The notes under the pieces were generated by a model. The model searched no databases, was not told where the DNA came from, and saw only the letters and a list, made by a program, of their open reading frames with translations. From positions 96,001 to 160,000 of the forward strand of contig CAVUVW010000002.1 in the NCBI GenBank assembly GCA_963745035.1: DNA of 64,000 nt, in the 5' to 3' direction. Source of the stretch: an uncultured delta proteobacterium. Its GTDB lineage: Bacteria; Desulfobacterota; Binatia; UBA9968. Positions 63,137-64,000 of this stretch are shown piece after piece; the first letter of the stretch is position 1, and the number at the start of each line of letters is the position of its first letter. A program made the position numbers and the translations under genes.

Positions 63137-63604
63137 CTATTCTTCCTCTTCTCCCAACATGGTGCCGCGGCAGCGCCGCGCCTTGCAGAAACAGGCGTGC
63201 TCGCGCTTCGCCTTCTTCGTGTGCTTCTCGCCGATCTGCAGATTGTAGTCGTACGTGAGCTCCTCGCCGGCGCGAATATTGCGCGCGGCCTCGATGAACA
63301 CGCGCCGCCCCTCTTCCTCGATCTCGCAGTTGGGCGCGCACGAGTGATTGATCCAGCGCGCCGAGTTGCCGCGCCGCGTGGCGTCGATCACCCAGCCGCC
63401 GTCCAGCGAAAACAGCATCGTGTGCGGCGAATTCTCGTGCATGCGGCTGTAGCGCCGGTCGGCCTCTTTATCGGTGATCAAGGTGCCCTTGTATTCGATG
63501 ATGCGCGTTCCTTTGGCGATCGGTTTCAGCGCAAACACGCCGCGGCCGTGGATCGACGACTGGCGCGCGGCGATGCGTCGGTGGTTCTTTCCTGTTTGCG
63601 GCAT
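63137..63604 (-). CDS. SET-domain protein-lysine methyltransferase with post-SET
   Basis: G.GVFA, R.INHSC.PN, GEELTYDY and C.C....C motifs. Confidence 0.93.
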   Translation of the reverse strand: MPQTGKNHRRIAARQSSIHGRGVFALKPIAKGTRIIEYKGTLITDKEADRRYSRMHENSPHTMLFSLDGGWVIDATRRGNSARWINHSCAPNCEIEEEGRRVFIEAARNIRAGEELTYDYNLQIGEKHTKKAKREHACFCKARRCRGTMLGEEEE

Positions 63605-63623
63605 GACGACTCCGTTGAAAACT

Positions 63624-64000
63624 TTATTTTTCCGATGCGAGCCCGGCGCCCCGGTCCATGCTCCTGACCAAATCGAGCATGCGCTCGGCCGGGCGCGGGT
63701 CTTTGTAGCCGGCGAAAAGCCGCTGGCGCATCCGATCGACCTCACCGCTCTGCAGGCGCTCATAGAGCTGGCTGCGCTTGCCGAACGGGCTCATCACCAT
63801 GTCAGCAGCGACGGCCATCAAACGCAAGTGGTTTTTTGTATCCGGCGCGCCGCCGCGAAAATAGCGCTCGATGAACGGGCCGATTTCCTCGCTGGCGAGG
63901 TCGGAAGCGCCGCCGCTCAGCATCAAGGTGCTGGTCAACAACCCCTCCAAAGTTCGCTCGGCGCGGTCCGAAGCCTCGATGCTGTGCACCCGGTAGGCGG
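63624..64000 (-). CDS. 4-hydroxyphenylacetate 3-hydroxylase (HpaB)-like C-terminus, partial
   Basis: I..YF.G and D...S.FG.R..LYER motifs. Confidence 0.65.
   Translation of the reverse strand, partial: AYRVHSIEASDRAERTLEGLLTSTLMLSGGASDLASEEIGPFIERYFRGGAPDTKNHLRLMAVAADMVMSPFGKRSQLYERLQSGEVDRMRQRLFAGYKDPRPAERMLDLVRSMDRGAGLASEK

Overview
Bacterial genomic DNA. The gene style at the right end (NMT1-type binding proteins, UbiD, amidohydrolase, carboxymuconolactone decarboxylase, HpaB-like) suggests a Binatota/deltaproteobacterial-type organism; this is an inference. About 1-53 kb is an accessory general-stress/osmo-desiccation region. It holds nuoB, an A-type Fe-S carrier, a fatty-acid desaturase, CarD, VIT1, an orphan sufB, Lon, SPFH, phosphomannomutase and a sigma54 two-component pair. 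It also holds a collagen-OmpA protein, a Gln-rich repeat protein, many tiny membrane proteins, BON, YihY, cyclic beta-1,2-glucan synthase, a GT4+GH130 pair, a cyanobacterial-type glgC and two Crp/Fnr paralogues. About 53-64 kb looks like core and aromatic-catabolism genes. The main hidden signal is a 16-bp Crp-shaped palindrome (TGTYY-N6-RRACV, best form TGTCTAATATTGAACA) found 11 times in intergenic DNA from 4.3 to 45.7 kb. Each copy sits 21-22, 31 or 41 nt upstream of a -10-like hexamer, which points to an apparently uncharacterised regulon of the local Crp paralogues. Three consecutive genes at 0.3-2.6 kb have near-cognate start codons (ACG, ACG, ATC) behind good Shine-Dalgarno sequences. 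About a dozen single-base frameshifts are probably long-read consensus errors.
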